NCBI GenBank assembly: GCA_938003925.1
Contig: CALKWQ010000054.1
Location: 1-62,855, forward strand
Direction: 5' to 3'
DNA from: an uncultured bacterium
GTDB lineage: Bacteria > Patescibacteriota > Patescibacteriia > Patescibacteriales > UBA12465
DNA length: 62,855 nt
The notes under the pieces were generated by a model. It had not been told where the DNA came from. It saw only the letters and a program-made list of their open reading frames with translations, and did no database searches. This document shows, piece by piece, positions 55,610 to 62,855 of the stretch. Each line of letters begins with the position of its first letter. Position 1 is the stretch's first letter. A program made the position numbers and the translations under genes.

Positions 55610-58159
55610 ATGCCTTCTTTCTGGCAAAATTTACAAATCTTTTTTCAAACCGACAGCGGGTCAGCCGTTTTAGCTGTAATAATTTTAATAGGGGTAATTG
55701 CTGCTTTAGCTGTTTTAGTTTTGGTTTTTCGTTTTTTTATTCGTCGCTTTTCTATCGATAACACCTATTTTGATCATCAGATTTTTCTCATCAGATTGCC
55801 CAAGGAAAAGCCGCAAGACGAAAATAAAGAAGTCTCTTTACAGCAGATGCGTGAAGAAATAGCTAAGGGTGAGACCATCTTTGCTAGCATTGGTGGCTTG
55901 AAAGCTCAGCGAGGATTTATTGCTTGGCTTTTGGGTCGCAATGATCATTTTGCTTTTGAGATTGTAGCTAGTCGTAATAAGATTGCTTTTTACGCAGCAG
56001 CTCCTCGCAGTTTAGCGCGTTATTTAGAGCAGCAAATTACCGCCCATTATCCAGAGGCCGTGATTGAGGAAATAGAAGATTATAATGTCTTTGGTATGAA
56101 TGGCCAGATTGCGGCCGCATCTTTAAAAACCAGAAAGCACTTTGTTTTACCTTTGCGCACTTATCAAAAGATGGATGTTGATCCTCTGAATTCTTTAATT
56201 AACATCATGTCTAAACTAGACAATGATGAAAGCATCGCAGTGCAGTATGTCGTTCGTAGCGCCTATGGTAGTTGGCATCGCCTGGTGCGAAGAATTGTGA
56301 GAAGAATTCAAGCTAAAAATTCAGTCAGCGAAGGCATCCGTTATGGGGCTATGTCGCAAATTTTTTCTTCCTTAGGTGATATTGCTAGTGCTTCTTTCAA
56401 GTCAGATCCTAAAACGCCGACAGATAAAGCACCTAAGCGGCTATCGGCAATAGAAGAAGAATCTTTAAAATCAATTGAGGAAAAGAATCTGCGTGCCGGC
56501 TTAGATGTTAATTTGCGCGTTATCGTTTCTAGTGCCACCAAAGAGCGATCGGCGGCTTACTTGGAGAACGTAACTACTGTTTTTACTGAATATAATAATT
56601 ATAGTTACGGTAACAACTTTTCTCGTGCTATCAAATCCGGACAAGAACGTCAAATTAAAGACTTTATTTACCGACGTTTTCGTGAAGATTATAGTTTTTT
56701 GCTTAACACCGAAGAACTTACTAGCGTTTTTCATTTGCCTTTAAAGCACATGGAAACACCGAACATTCTTTGGTTGACGGCTAAGAATGCACCAGCGCCA
56801 GCTGATGTGCCCACGGAAGGTCTTAGCTTGGGTCAAAACGTTTATCGCGGTGTTAAGAAAGATATTCGTATTAAGCGCCAAGATCGTCGTCGCCATACTT
56901 ATATTATTGGTAAATCTGGTGTAGGTAAATCAGTCTTATTAGCTAACATGGCTATTCAAGATATTCAAAATGGCGAAGGTGTTTGCGTGCTTGACCCCCA
57001 TGGTGACTTGATTGAGGATATTTTACAGCGTATGCCTCCGGAAAGAGCAGAAGATGTTGTGATTTTTTCTCCGGCTGATTTAGAGAGACCTTTAGCTTTA
57101 AATTTGTTAGAATACGACCCACGTTACCCAGAACAGAAAAGTTTTGTCATTAACGAGATGATTGGTATTTTTGATAAGTTATACGATCTAAAACAGACTG
57201 GCGGTCCGATGTTTGAGCAATATATGCGCAACGCTCTCCTGTTAATTATGGAAGATCCTGAGAGCGGCTCTACCTTGATGGAAATCCCTAAGGTTTTGTC
57301 TGATGAAAATTTCCGTCGCATGAAATTATCACGTTGCCATAATCGCACCGTAGTTGATTTTTGGAAAAAGGAAGCAGAAAAAGCTGGCGGTGACGCTGCT
57401 TTAGCTAATATTGTTCCTTATATTACCTCCAAGCTGACCGCTTTTATTTCTAATGACATGATGCGTCCAATTATTGGACAGCAAAAGAGCTCTTTTAATT
57501 TCCGCGACCTTATGGATCGTCAGAAAATTTTACTCATAGATTTGCCTAAGGGTGTGGTCGGGGAAATGAACGCTTATCTTTTGGGTATGATTGTGGTGGG
57601 TAAGATCCTTATGGCCGCTTTGTCTCGTACGGATATGCCAGCCGAAGAGCGTAAAGATTTTTATTTATATATCGATGAATTCCAAAACTTTACCACTAAT
57701 TCAATTTGTCAGATATTATCAGAAGCTCGTAAATACGCCTTAAATCTGATTATCGCTCATCAGTATATTGGTCAATTGAGTAAGAATAATAATACTGAAA
57801 TCAAAGACGCAGTTTTTGGCAATGTAGGCACGATGATTACTTTTAAGATAGGTACGGAGGATGCTGAGTTTTTGGTTAAAGAGTTTGCTCCAGTATTTAA
57901 TGCCTACGATCTTATTAACATTGACAAAGGTACAGCTTATATTAAGCTTTTAGTTGACAATAGTCCTAGTAGACCTTTTTCCATGAAAACCATTTGGCCA
58001 CTATTAGGAGTTAGGAGGGAGGGGGTCTCGCCTAAAATTAGAGCCTTAAGTCGTTTAAAGTTTGGTCAAGATCGTACTATTGTGGAAGCAGAAATTATTA
58101 GACGTACAGAGACTCCGACGCCAGCTTCTATAAAAAATTCTCAGCCCGCCCTAAATTAA
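55610..58159 (+). CDS. Membrane-anchored VirD4/TraG-like (HerA/FtsK superfamily) ATPase
   Basis: N-terminal TM, ~350-aa accessory domain, RRRHTYIIGKSGVGKS (Walker A), LDPHGD, LYIDEFQNF (Walker B), SEARKY, AHQYIGQL, FGNVGT. Confidence 0.9.
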   Translation: MPSFWQNLQIFFQTDSGSAVLAVIILIGVIAALAVLVLVFRFFIRRFSIDNTYFDHQIFLIRLPKEKPQDENKEVSLQQMREEIAKGETIFASIGGLKAQRGFIAWLLGRNDHFAFEIVASRNKIAFYAAAPRSLARYLEQQITAHYPEAVIEEIEDYNVFGMNGQIAAASLKTRKHFVLPLRTYQKMDVDPLNSLINIMSKLDNDESIAVQYVVRSAYGSWHRLVRRIVRRIQAKNSVSEGIRYGAMSQIFSSLGDIASASFKSDPKTPTDKAPKRLSAIEEESLKSIEEKNLRAGLDVNLRVIVSSATKERSAAYLENVTTVFTEYNNYSYGNNFSRAIKSGQERQIKDFIYRRFREDYSFLLNTEELTSVFHLPLKHMETPNILWLTAKNAPAPADVPTEGLSLGQNVYRGVKKDIRIKRQDRRRHTYIIGKSGVGKSVLLANMAIQDIQNGEGVCVLDPHGDLIEDILQRMPPERAEDVVIFSPADLERPLALNLLEYDPRYPEQKSFVINEMIGIFDKLYDLKQTGGPMFEQYMRNALLLIMEDPESGSTLMEIPKVLSDENFRRMKLSRCHNRTVVDFWKKEAEKAGGDAALANIVPYITSKLTAFISNDMMRPIIGQQKSSFNFRDLMDRQKILLIDLPKGVVGEMNAYLLGMIVVGKILMAALSRTDMPAEERKDFYLYIDEFQNFTTNSICQILSEARKYALNLIIAHQYIGQLSKNNNTEIKDAVFGNVGTMITFKIGTEDAEFLVKEFAPVFNAYDLINIDKGTAYIKLLVDNSPSRPFSMKTIWPLLGVRREGVSPKIRALSRLKFGQDRTIVEAEIIRRTETPTPASIKNSQPALN

Positions 58160-58167
58160 TACTATTT

Positions 58168-59760
58168 ATGCCTACCCTTTATCGTGATTATCGTCCGCAG
58201 AAGTTCGCTGATATTTTGGGACAAAATCACCTCAAAATTACTTTACAGAATGAATTAGCCACTACCAGCCTTGGCCAGGCTTATCTTTTTTGTGGACCAA
58301 GGGCGGTGGGTAAGACCACCATGGCTAGAGTTTTGGCCCAAGCAGTTAATTGTGAACGTAGGTCGCTAGGTGAGTATGAACCTTGCGGTGAGTGTCCTAG
58401 TTGTCAGAGTATTAAAAAAGGTAATTTCTTAGACGTAATGGAAATAGATGCCGCTTCTAATACGGGGGTGGACAATGTGCGTGAAAGTATTATTGCTTCT
58501 GCTCGGTTAGCTCCTACTGGTGGCAAGATGCGGGTTTTCATTATTGACGAAGTGCACATGTTGTCTTTATCGGCTTTTAACGCGCTGTTAAAAATTGTAG
58601 AGGAACCCCCTAAACACGTGCTGTTTATCCTGTGTACCACTGAGGCCCATAAAGTCCCAGCTACTATCATTTCTCGTTGCCAGCGTTTTGATTTTAAAAG
58701 GATTAGTCCTATAGAAATTGTTAAAAAATTATCTCTGATTGCCGCTCAAGAGGGTGTTGAGGTTAGTCGTGAAGTTTTAGAAGATGTTGCTAGACAGTCA
58801 AGCGGCCATCTGCGCGACGCCGAAAGTCTTTTAGGACAGGTATTAGCTTTGGGCGATAAAAAAATAGGTGTCGAAGAGGCAGAGCTAGTCTTACCGCGCC
58901 ATCATCATCAAGAAGCCTTAGATTTAATTGAATATTTAGCTAAGCGCAATCCCGGAGGTGCTGTGTCTTTAATTAACCAATTAGCCGACAATGGTGTTAG
59001 TTTTAAAAATTTTTTAGAAGAAATTTTAATGATGTTGCGCAAAATCATGCTGCAATCAGTTCAGCCTGGCTTAGCCGAGAGATTGGGCTTAGACTTCGGC
59101 GAACAACTGGAAATCAGAATAGGTGAATTAGCTGGCGAATTTTCTCTAACAGCTTGTTTGCGAGCTTTACGCCGTTTTTTAGAAGTAGCTCAAGAGCGGT
59201 CTTCGGCCATACCTCAGTTACCTTTAGAAATGGCAGTAGTTGAATTATGCACCAATGCCGACGAAGCTATTACTGGCTCTACTCCAGTTCATTCTACGTC
59301 TTTGCGACGAGCAGCTGTCACTCCTTCGCACGTAGAGAAACAGTCCACACAAGCCAATCTGCCGCCAGCTCCAGATTTAAGTGCTGCGGAAGTTGCGTCA
59401 CGCTGGCCAGAAGTGTTAGTTAAAATTAAAAAGTATAATCATTCCTTGTCTTTTGTCTTGCAAAATTGCGTGCCTCAGGATTTAAAATCTGGCGTATTGG
59501 CTCTCAGTTTTAAATACAAGTTTCATCGTGACCGAATTCTTGATCTTGCTATCCGCGGCATTGTAGAGTCAAGTTTGGCCGAAATTTTCGGGGGTAGTTT
59601 AACTATTGCGGCCTCTCTAGATGAGAGCGTTGAGCCGGTTGTTGAAGAGATGAGCGCAAAGCCGCCCTCAGCCCCCAGCCTTGATGAATTTAAAGAAGAA
59701 AAACCAAAATCAGAGGTGTTAGGAAGTCTTTTGGAAAGCTTTGGCGGTGAAACAATTTAA
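58168..59760 (+). CDS. dnaX: DNA polymerase III subunit gamma/tau
   Basis: LYRDYRPQKF, GPRAVGKTT, PCGECPSC, EIDAASNTGVD, IIDEVHML, NALLKIVEEPP, SRCQRF. Confidence 0.97.
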   Translation: MPTLYRDYRPQKFADILGQNHLKITLQNELATTSLGQAYLFCGPRAVGKTTMARVLAQAVNCERRSLGEYEPCGECPSCQSIKKGNFLDVMEIDAASNTGVDNVRESIIASARLAPTGGKMRVFIIDEVHMLSLSAFNALLKIVEEPPKHVLFILCTTEAHKVPATIISRCQRFDFKRISPIEIVKKLSLIAAQEGVEVSREVLEDVARQSSGHLRDAESLLGQVLALGDKKIGVEEAELVLPRHHHQEALDLIEYLAKRNPGGAVSLINQLADNGVSFKNFLEEILMMLRKIMLQSVQPGLAERLGLDFGEQLEIRIGELAGEFSLTACLRALRRFLEVAQERSSAIPQLPLEMAVVELCTNADEAITGSTPVHSTSLRRAAVTPSHVEKQSTQANLPPAPDLSAAEVASRWPEVLVKIKKYNHSLSFVLQNCVPQDLKSGVLALSFKYKFHRDRILDLAIRGIVESSLAEIFGGSLTIAASLDESVEPVVEEMSAKPPSAPSLDEFKEEKPKSEVLGSLLESFGGETI

Positions 59761-59780
59761 TTATTAATACTCAAAAACAT

Positions 59781-61043
59781 ATGTTGGACATCAAATATAT
59801 TCGTGACAATTTGAATGCGGTACAAACAGCCTTATTGAAGAGAATGGATGAAGATAAGCTGGATTTAACCGCTTTAATAAAATTAGATGATCAAAGAAGG
59901 GAATTAATTAAAAAAAGTGAAGCTTTGAAAGCTGAACGTAATCAGAATTCTAAGTCCAAACCCAGCCCTGAAACCATCGCGGCCATGAAAAATATCGGCG
60001 AAAGCATTAAAGTTTTAGAGACCGAGTTACAAGTCCTAGAGAACTCTTTGGCGGAGTCTTTAGCCGCTTTGCCTAATATCCCGGCCGATGATGTGGTGGC
60101 TGGCGGCAAGGAAAACAATGAAGTTGTCTATACTTTTGGTTCACAGCCAACTTTTAATTTTAACTTTCAAGACCATGTGACCTTAGCAGAAAGTCTAGGT
60201 ATTATTGACTATGAGCGGGCAGCTAAGATGTCTGGTAGTGGTTTTTGGTGCTATCGTGGCTGGGGCGCCTTATTAGAGTGGGCTTTGCTGTCTTACTTTA
60301 TCTCTTTCCACACCAAAAATTCTTATCAGTTTCTAATCCCTCCTTTTTTGTTAACTGAAAAGTCTGCGTATACCTCTGGTCATTTACCTAAGTTTCGTGA
60401 TGATCTTTTTTGGACTCAAGATAAGCTCTGTCTTAATGCAACTAGTGAGATGATGTTGGGTAATTATCATCGCGAAGAGATTTTGCCGAGTGAACGCTTA
60501 CCTTTGAAATACTTTGCTTATTCCCCCTGTTTCCGTAGGGAGGCTGGTAGTTATCGTCAAGAAGAGCGGGGCATGATTCGTGGTCATCAATTCAATAAAG
60601 TGGAAATGTTTATTTTCTGTAAGCCAGAAGACTCTTGGCAAATGTTTGACGAGTTAGTTAAAAACGCCCAGGGCTTAGTAGAAGGCTTAGGTCTGCATTA
60701 TCAGGTGTCCAAGTTAGCTGCTGGTGATTGCAGTTCGGCTATGGCTAAAACTTATGATTTAGAAGTTTGGTTGCCTAGCATGGGTATTTATAAGGAAGTT
60801 AGTAGTATTTCTAATGCTTTAGCTTATCAAGCTCGTCGAGGTCAGACCCGTTATAAGAATCAACAAGGAGAAAATGATTTTGTTCATACTTTAAACGCTT
60901 CTGGTTTAGCTACTAGTCGTTTACTACCAGCCATTTTAGAGCAGAATCAACAAGCCGATGGTTCAGTACGTATTCCTGAAGTCTTACGACCCTATTTGCC
61001 GGGGGCGCCAGAGTTTATTCTGCCTGATAATTTTAAGATTTAG
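59781..61043 (+). CDS. serS: Serine--tRNA ligase
   Basis: MLDIKYIR, coiled-coil arm, LPNIP, CFRREAGS, HQFNKVE, AKTYDLEVWLP, EVSSISN, VHTLNASGLA. Confidence 0.96.
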   Translation: MLDIKYIRDNLNAVQTALLKRMDEDKLDLTALIKLDDQRRELIKKSEALKAERNQNSKSKPSPETIAAMKNIGESIKVLETELQVLENSLAESLAALPNIPADDVVAGGKENNEVVYTFGSQPTFNFNFQDHVTLAESLGIIDYERAAKMSGSGFWCYRGWGALLEWALLSYFISFHTKNSYQFLIPPFLLTEKSAYTSGHLPKFRDDLFWTQDKLCLNATSEMMLGNYHREEILPSERLPLKYFAYSPCFRREAGSYRQEERGMIRGHQFNKVEMFIFCKPEDSWQMFDELVKNAQGLVEGLGLHYQVSKLAAGDCSSAMAKTYDLEVWLPSMGIYKEVSSISNALAYQARRGQTRYKNQQGENDFVHTLNASGLATSRLLPAILEQNQQADGSVRIPEVLRPYLPGAPEFILPDNFKI

Positions 61044-61048
61044 TCGCC

Positions 61049-62855
61049 ATGAATTTACGGATTTTAACTGGGATTTTTATTGCTTTGCTTGTCTTGCCTC
61101 AGGCTGCTCGTGCAGATGAGGTTTATCCGCGTTTGGCTAATTATTTTTTGAAATGGGAGATGACGGCGAACGAGGCTGTAGAGCTAGCTAAATGGGACTT
61201 AGTGATTGTAGATATGGAAAATCAGGAAAATAATCCTGAATTTTTAAGACAGATGCGACGCCTTAATCCAGACATTAAAATTCTAGCTTACATTACTCCT
61301 CAAGAAATGATTGATAATCCAGAAAATTATCAACATGCTACTTTGCGTCAGCGTTTAGCTGCGCAGATTTTGGACGGTTGGTGGTTGCGAAATGAAAACG
61401 GAAACTCAGTGGTTAACTGGCCTCACACGGCCATGTTCAATTTGAGTGAAAAGGTAGAGAATAATATTCAGGGACGCAAGCTGAATGAGGTTTTGCCTCG
61501 TTTTGTGCACGAGCATCTGCAGTCTAGCGGTCTTTGGGATGGCGTGTTCTATGATAATCTCTGGGGGGATATCTCCTGGATGAATAATGGTCATTTAGAT
61601 TTCAATCGTGACGGGATTAAGGATACCTCAGTTTTAGCAGATAGCTTGTGGGTAGAGGGAACAGCAAAATTATTGCGTTTGAGTCGGGAATTATTGGGCT
61701 CTAACTTCATTATTATCGGTAATGGCCGTGTCCATTGGCCTTATCAGCCTTTGCTTAACGGCATGATGTTGGAAGGATTTCCTCCAACCTGGGAAAATGG
61801 CGGTACTTGGTCTGGAGCCATGTCTTCTTACGCTAAATTACCAACAATTAATCTAAAACCCAACGCTACTATTATCAATGTCTTTAAAAAGAATGCGGAG
61901 GATTATCAAGCTGTTCGTTTTGGCTTGACTAGCGCTCTATTGGGCAACGGTTATTACAGCTTTGATTATGATGTTACTAATCATGGTCAAACTTGGTGGT
62001 ATGATGAATACGATGTTAATTTAGGTAAGGCTCAATCTGCTCCTTATAATCTGCTTAACGGCGGTAAAAGTGATTGGCAACCCGGACTATGGCGTCGCGA
62101 TTTTAAGAATGGGGTAGCGATTGTAAATTCTACCGACAAAGTACAAAGTTTTGTGTTCAGTAAAGAGGAATTTGAAAAGATTAAGGGTTTACAAGCGCCA
62201 AATATTAATAATGGTTTAAAAATAAACTATTTAAAACTTAACCCTTATGATGGTGTTTTATTGCTTAAAAAATTAGCTGCTTGGCAGGGAAGCGCGTTTA
62301 CCAATGGTGGTTTTTTAAGAATTTTTACCATCGATGGAGAGCAGTCTCGTAACGGTTTTTTCTCTTACGTCAGCTCCTTACCAGCGGGCAGTGAAGTGCT
62401 AGTTGGTGATTTTTCCCATAATGGCGATACAGAGTATATTTTAAGTTATCAGGGCAAATTAATACGTCAACAGTCGGGTAAAAATTTATGGTCGGTACAG
62501 CCTTTTGCCGCTGGCTTTAAAGGCACCGCTTCAATAGCCGTTGCTGATATTAATGGCGACGGACAAGTAGAGATCATTATTGGAGCCGGTCAGGGCGGTG
62601 GTCCACAGGTTCGAGTATTTACTGATGGCGGCAAATCTTTACTTAATTTTTTTGCTTATGACAAAAATTTCCGTGGAGGTGTAAATGTGGCAGCTGGTGA
62701 TATCAATGGTGACGGTAAGGCTGAGATTATCACTGGCGCTGGACAAGGTGGCGGACCGCACGTACGTTTTTTTGACGGCAAAGGTCAATTGGTAGGTCAA
62801 TTTTTTGCTTATGACAAAAATTTCCGTGGAGGTGTAAATGTGGCAGCTGGTGATA
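61049..62855 (+). CDS. Exported putative glycoside hydrolase (TIM-barrel) with C-terminal FG-GAP repeats; 3'-truncated and absent from the ORF track
   Basis: ATG 61049 opens 602 codons with no stop to the window end. Signal peptide MNLRILTGIFIALLVLPQAARA; WDGVFYDN, NGMMLEGF, WWYDEY, WRRDF; repeats VAAGDINGDGKAEIITGAGQGGGPHVR. Confidence 0.8.
   Translation, partial: MNLRILTGIFIALLVLPQAARADEVYPRLANYFLKWEMTANEAVELAKWDLVIVDMENQENNPEFLRQMRRLNPDIKILAYITPQEMIDNPENYQHATLRQRLAAQILDGWWLRNENGNSVVNWPHTAMFNLSEKVENNIQGRKLNEVLPRFVHEHLQSSGLWDGVFYDNLWGDISWMNNGHLDFNRDGIKDTSVLADSLWVEGTAKLLRLSRELLGSNFIIIGNGRVHWPYQPLLNGMMLEGFPPTWENGGTWSGAMSSYAKLPTINLKPNATIINVFKKNAEDYQAVRFGLTSALLGNGYYSFDYDVTNHGQTWWYDEYDVNLGKAQSAPYNLLNGGKSDWQPGLWRRDFKNGVAIVNSTDKVQSFVFSKEEFEKIKGLQAPNINNGLKINYLKLNPYDGVLLLKKLAAWQGSAFTNGGFLRIFTIDGEQSRNGFFSYVSSLPAGSEVLVGDFSHNGDTEYILSYQGKLIRQQSGKNLWSVQPFAAGFKGTASIAVADINGDGQVEIIIGAGQGGGPQVRVFTDGGKSLLNFFAYDKNFRGGVNVAAGDINGDGKAEIITGAGQGGGPHVRFFDGKGQLVGQFFAYDKNFRGGVNVAAGD
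62648..62855 (+). repeat. Identical 55-nt direct repeat (62648-62702 and 62801-62855), 153-nt period, inside the FG-GAP units
   Basis: TTTTTTGCTTATGACAAAAATTTCCGTGGAGGTGTAAATGTGGCAGCTGGTGATA occurs twice; the second copy ends on the last base. Confidence 0.95.

Noticed and set aside
55121-58159. Integrated conjugative element or prophage
   Set aside because: No integrase, relaxase, att repeats or composition shift; flanked tightly by core genes.
34-61594. About 45 short ORFs in the track that lie antisense or out of frame within confident genes (e.g. 34-315, 2472-2861, 18537-18860, 22010-22363, 44267-44620, 54363-54578, 61406-61594)
   Set aside because: Fully overlap well-supported genes, have no recognisable motifs and are expected shadow ORFs.
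33573-62855. CRISPR array or DGR template/variable repeat pair
   Set aside because: The repeats found are in-frame protein repeats. No spacers, cas genes, reverse transcriptase or adenine-specific mismatch pattern.

Overview
A gene-dense, AT-rich chromosomal segment of a small-genome bacterium, translated with the standard code. Gene content points to Patescibacteria/CPR (inference; plausibly a Falkowbacteria-like Parcubacteria lineage): short TsaB, pyruvate kinase without its C-domain, Gmad2, DUF4012 and RRM proteins, and a VirD4/HerA-like ATPase among housekeeping genes. About 55 genes, nearly all on the + strand. Translation: hisS, cysS, metG, serS, rpsB-tsf, secE-nusG-rplK-rplA, rpmA and two tRNAs. 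RNA modification: dus, tsaB, tsaC, tgt, rlmN, rsmH, rsmI and CCA enzyme. Envelope: a short dcw cluster (mraZ-rsmH-ftsL-ftsI-murF) and rmlD/rmlA, GT2, GT4, DUF4012. Metabolism: gap, eno, pyk, Fe-SOD, iscS-iscU, ferredoxin and pyrG. Several exported proteins are of unknown function. A 602-codon glycoside-hydrolase/FG-GAP gene missing from the ORF track runs off the right end. I found no CRISPR array, integrase, transposase or phage gene, and no unambiguous new multi-gene system. Best leads: (1) an unannotated ~150-nt 6S-like RNA on the minus strand at 5021-5173, with its own promoter; (2) a ~165-nt structured leader in front of the RRM gene; (3) a TGT that has lost all four zinc ligands and has a remodelled base pocket; (4) a VirD4-like ATPase and a distant ATPase-less paralogue of its N-terminal half; (5) a sigma70-region-4/HARE-HTH fusion. 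All calls are by eye, with no database searches. Several starts were moved to a more plausible downstream ATG.
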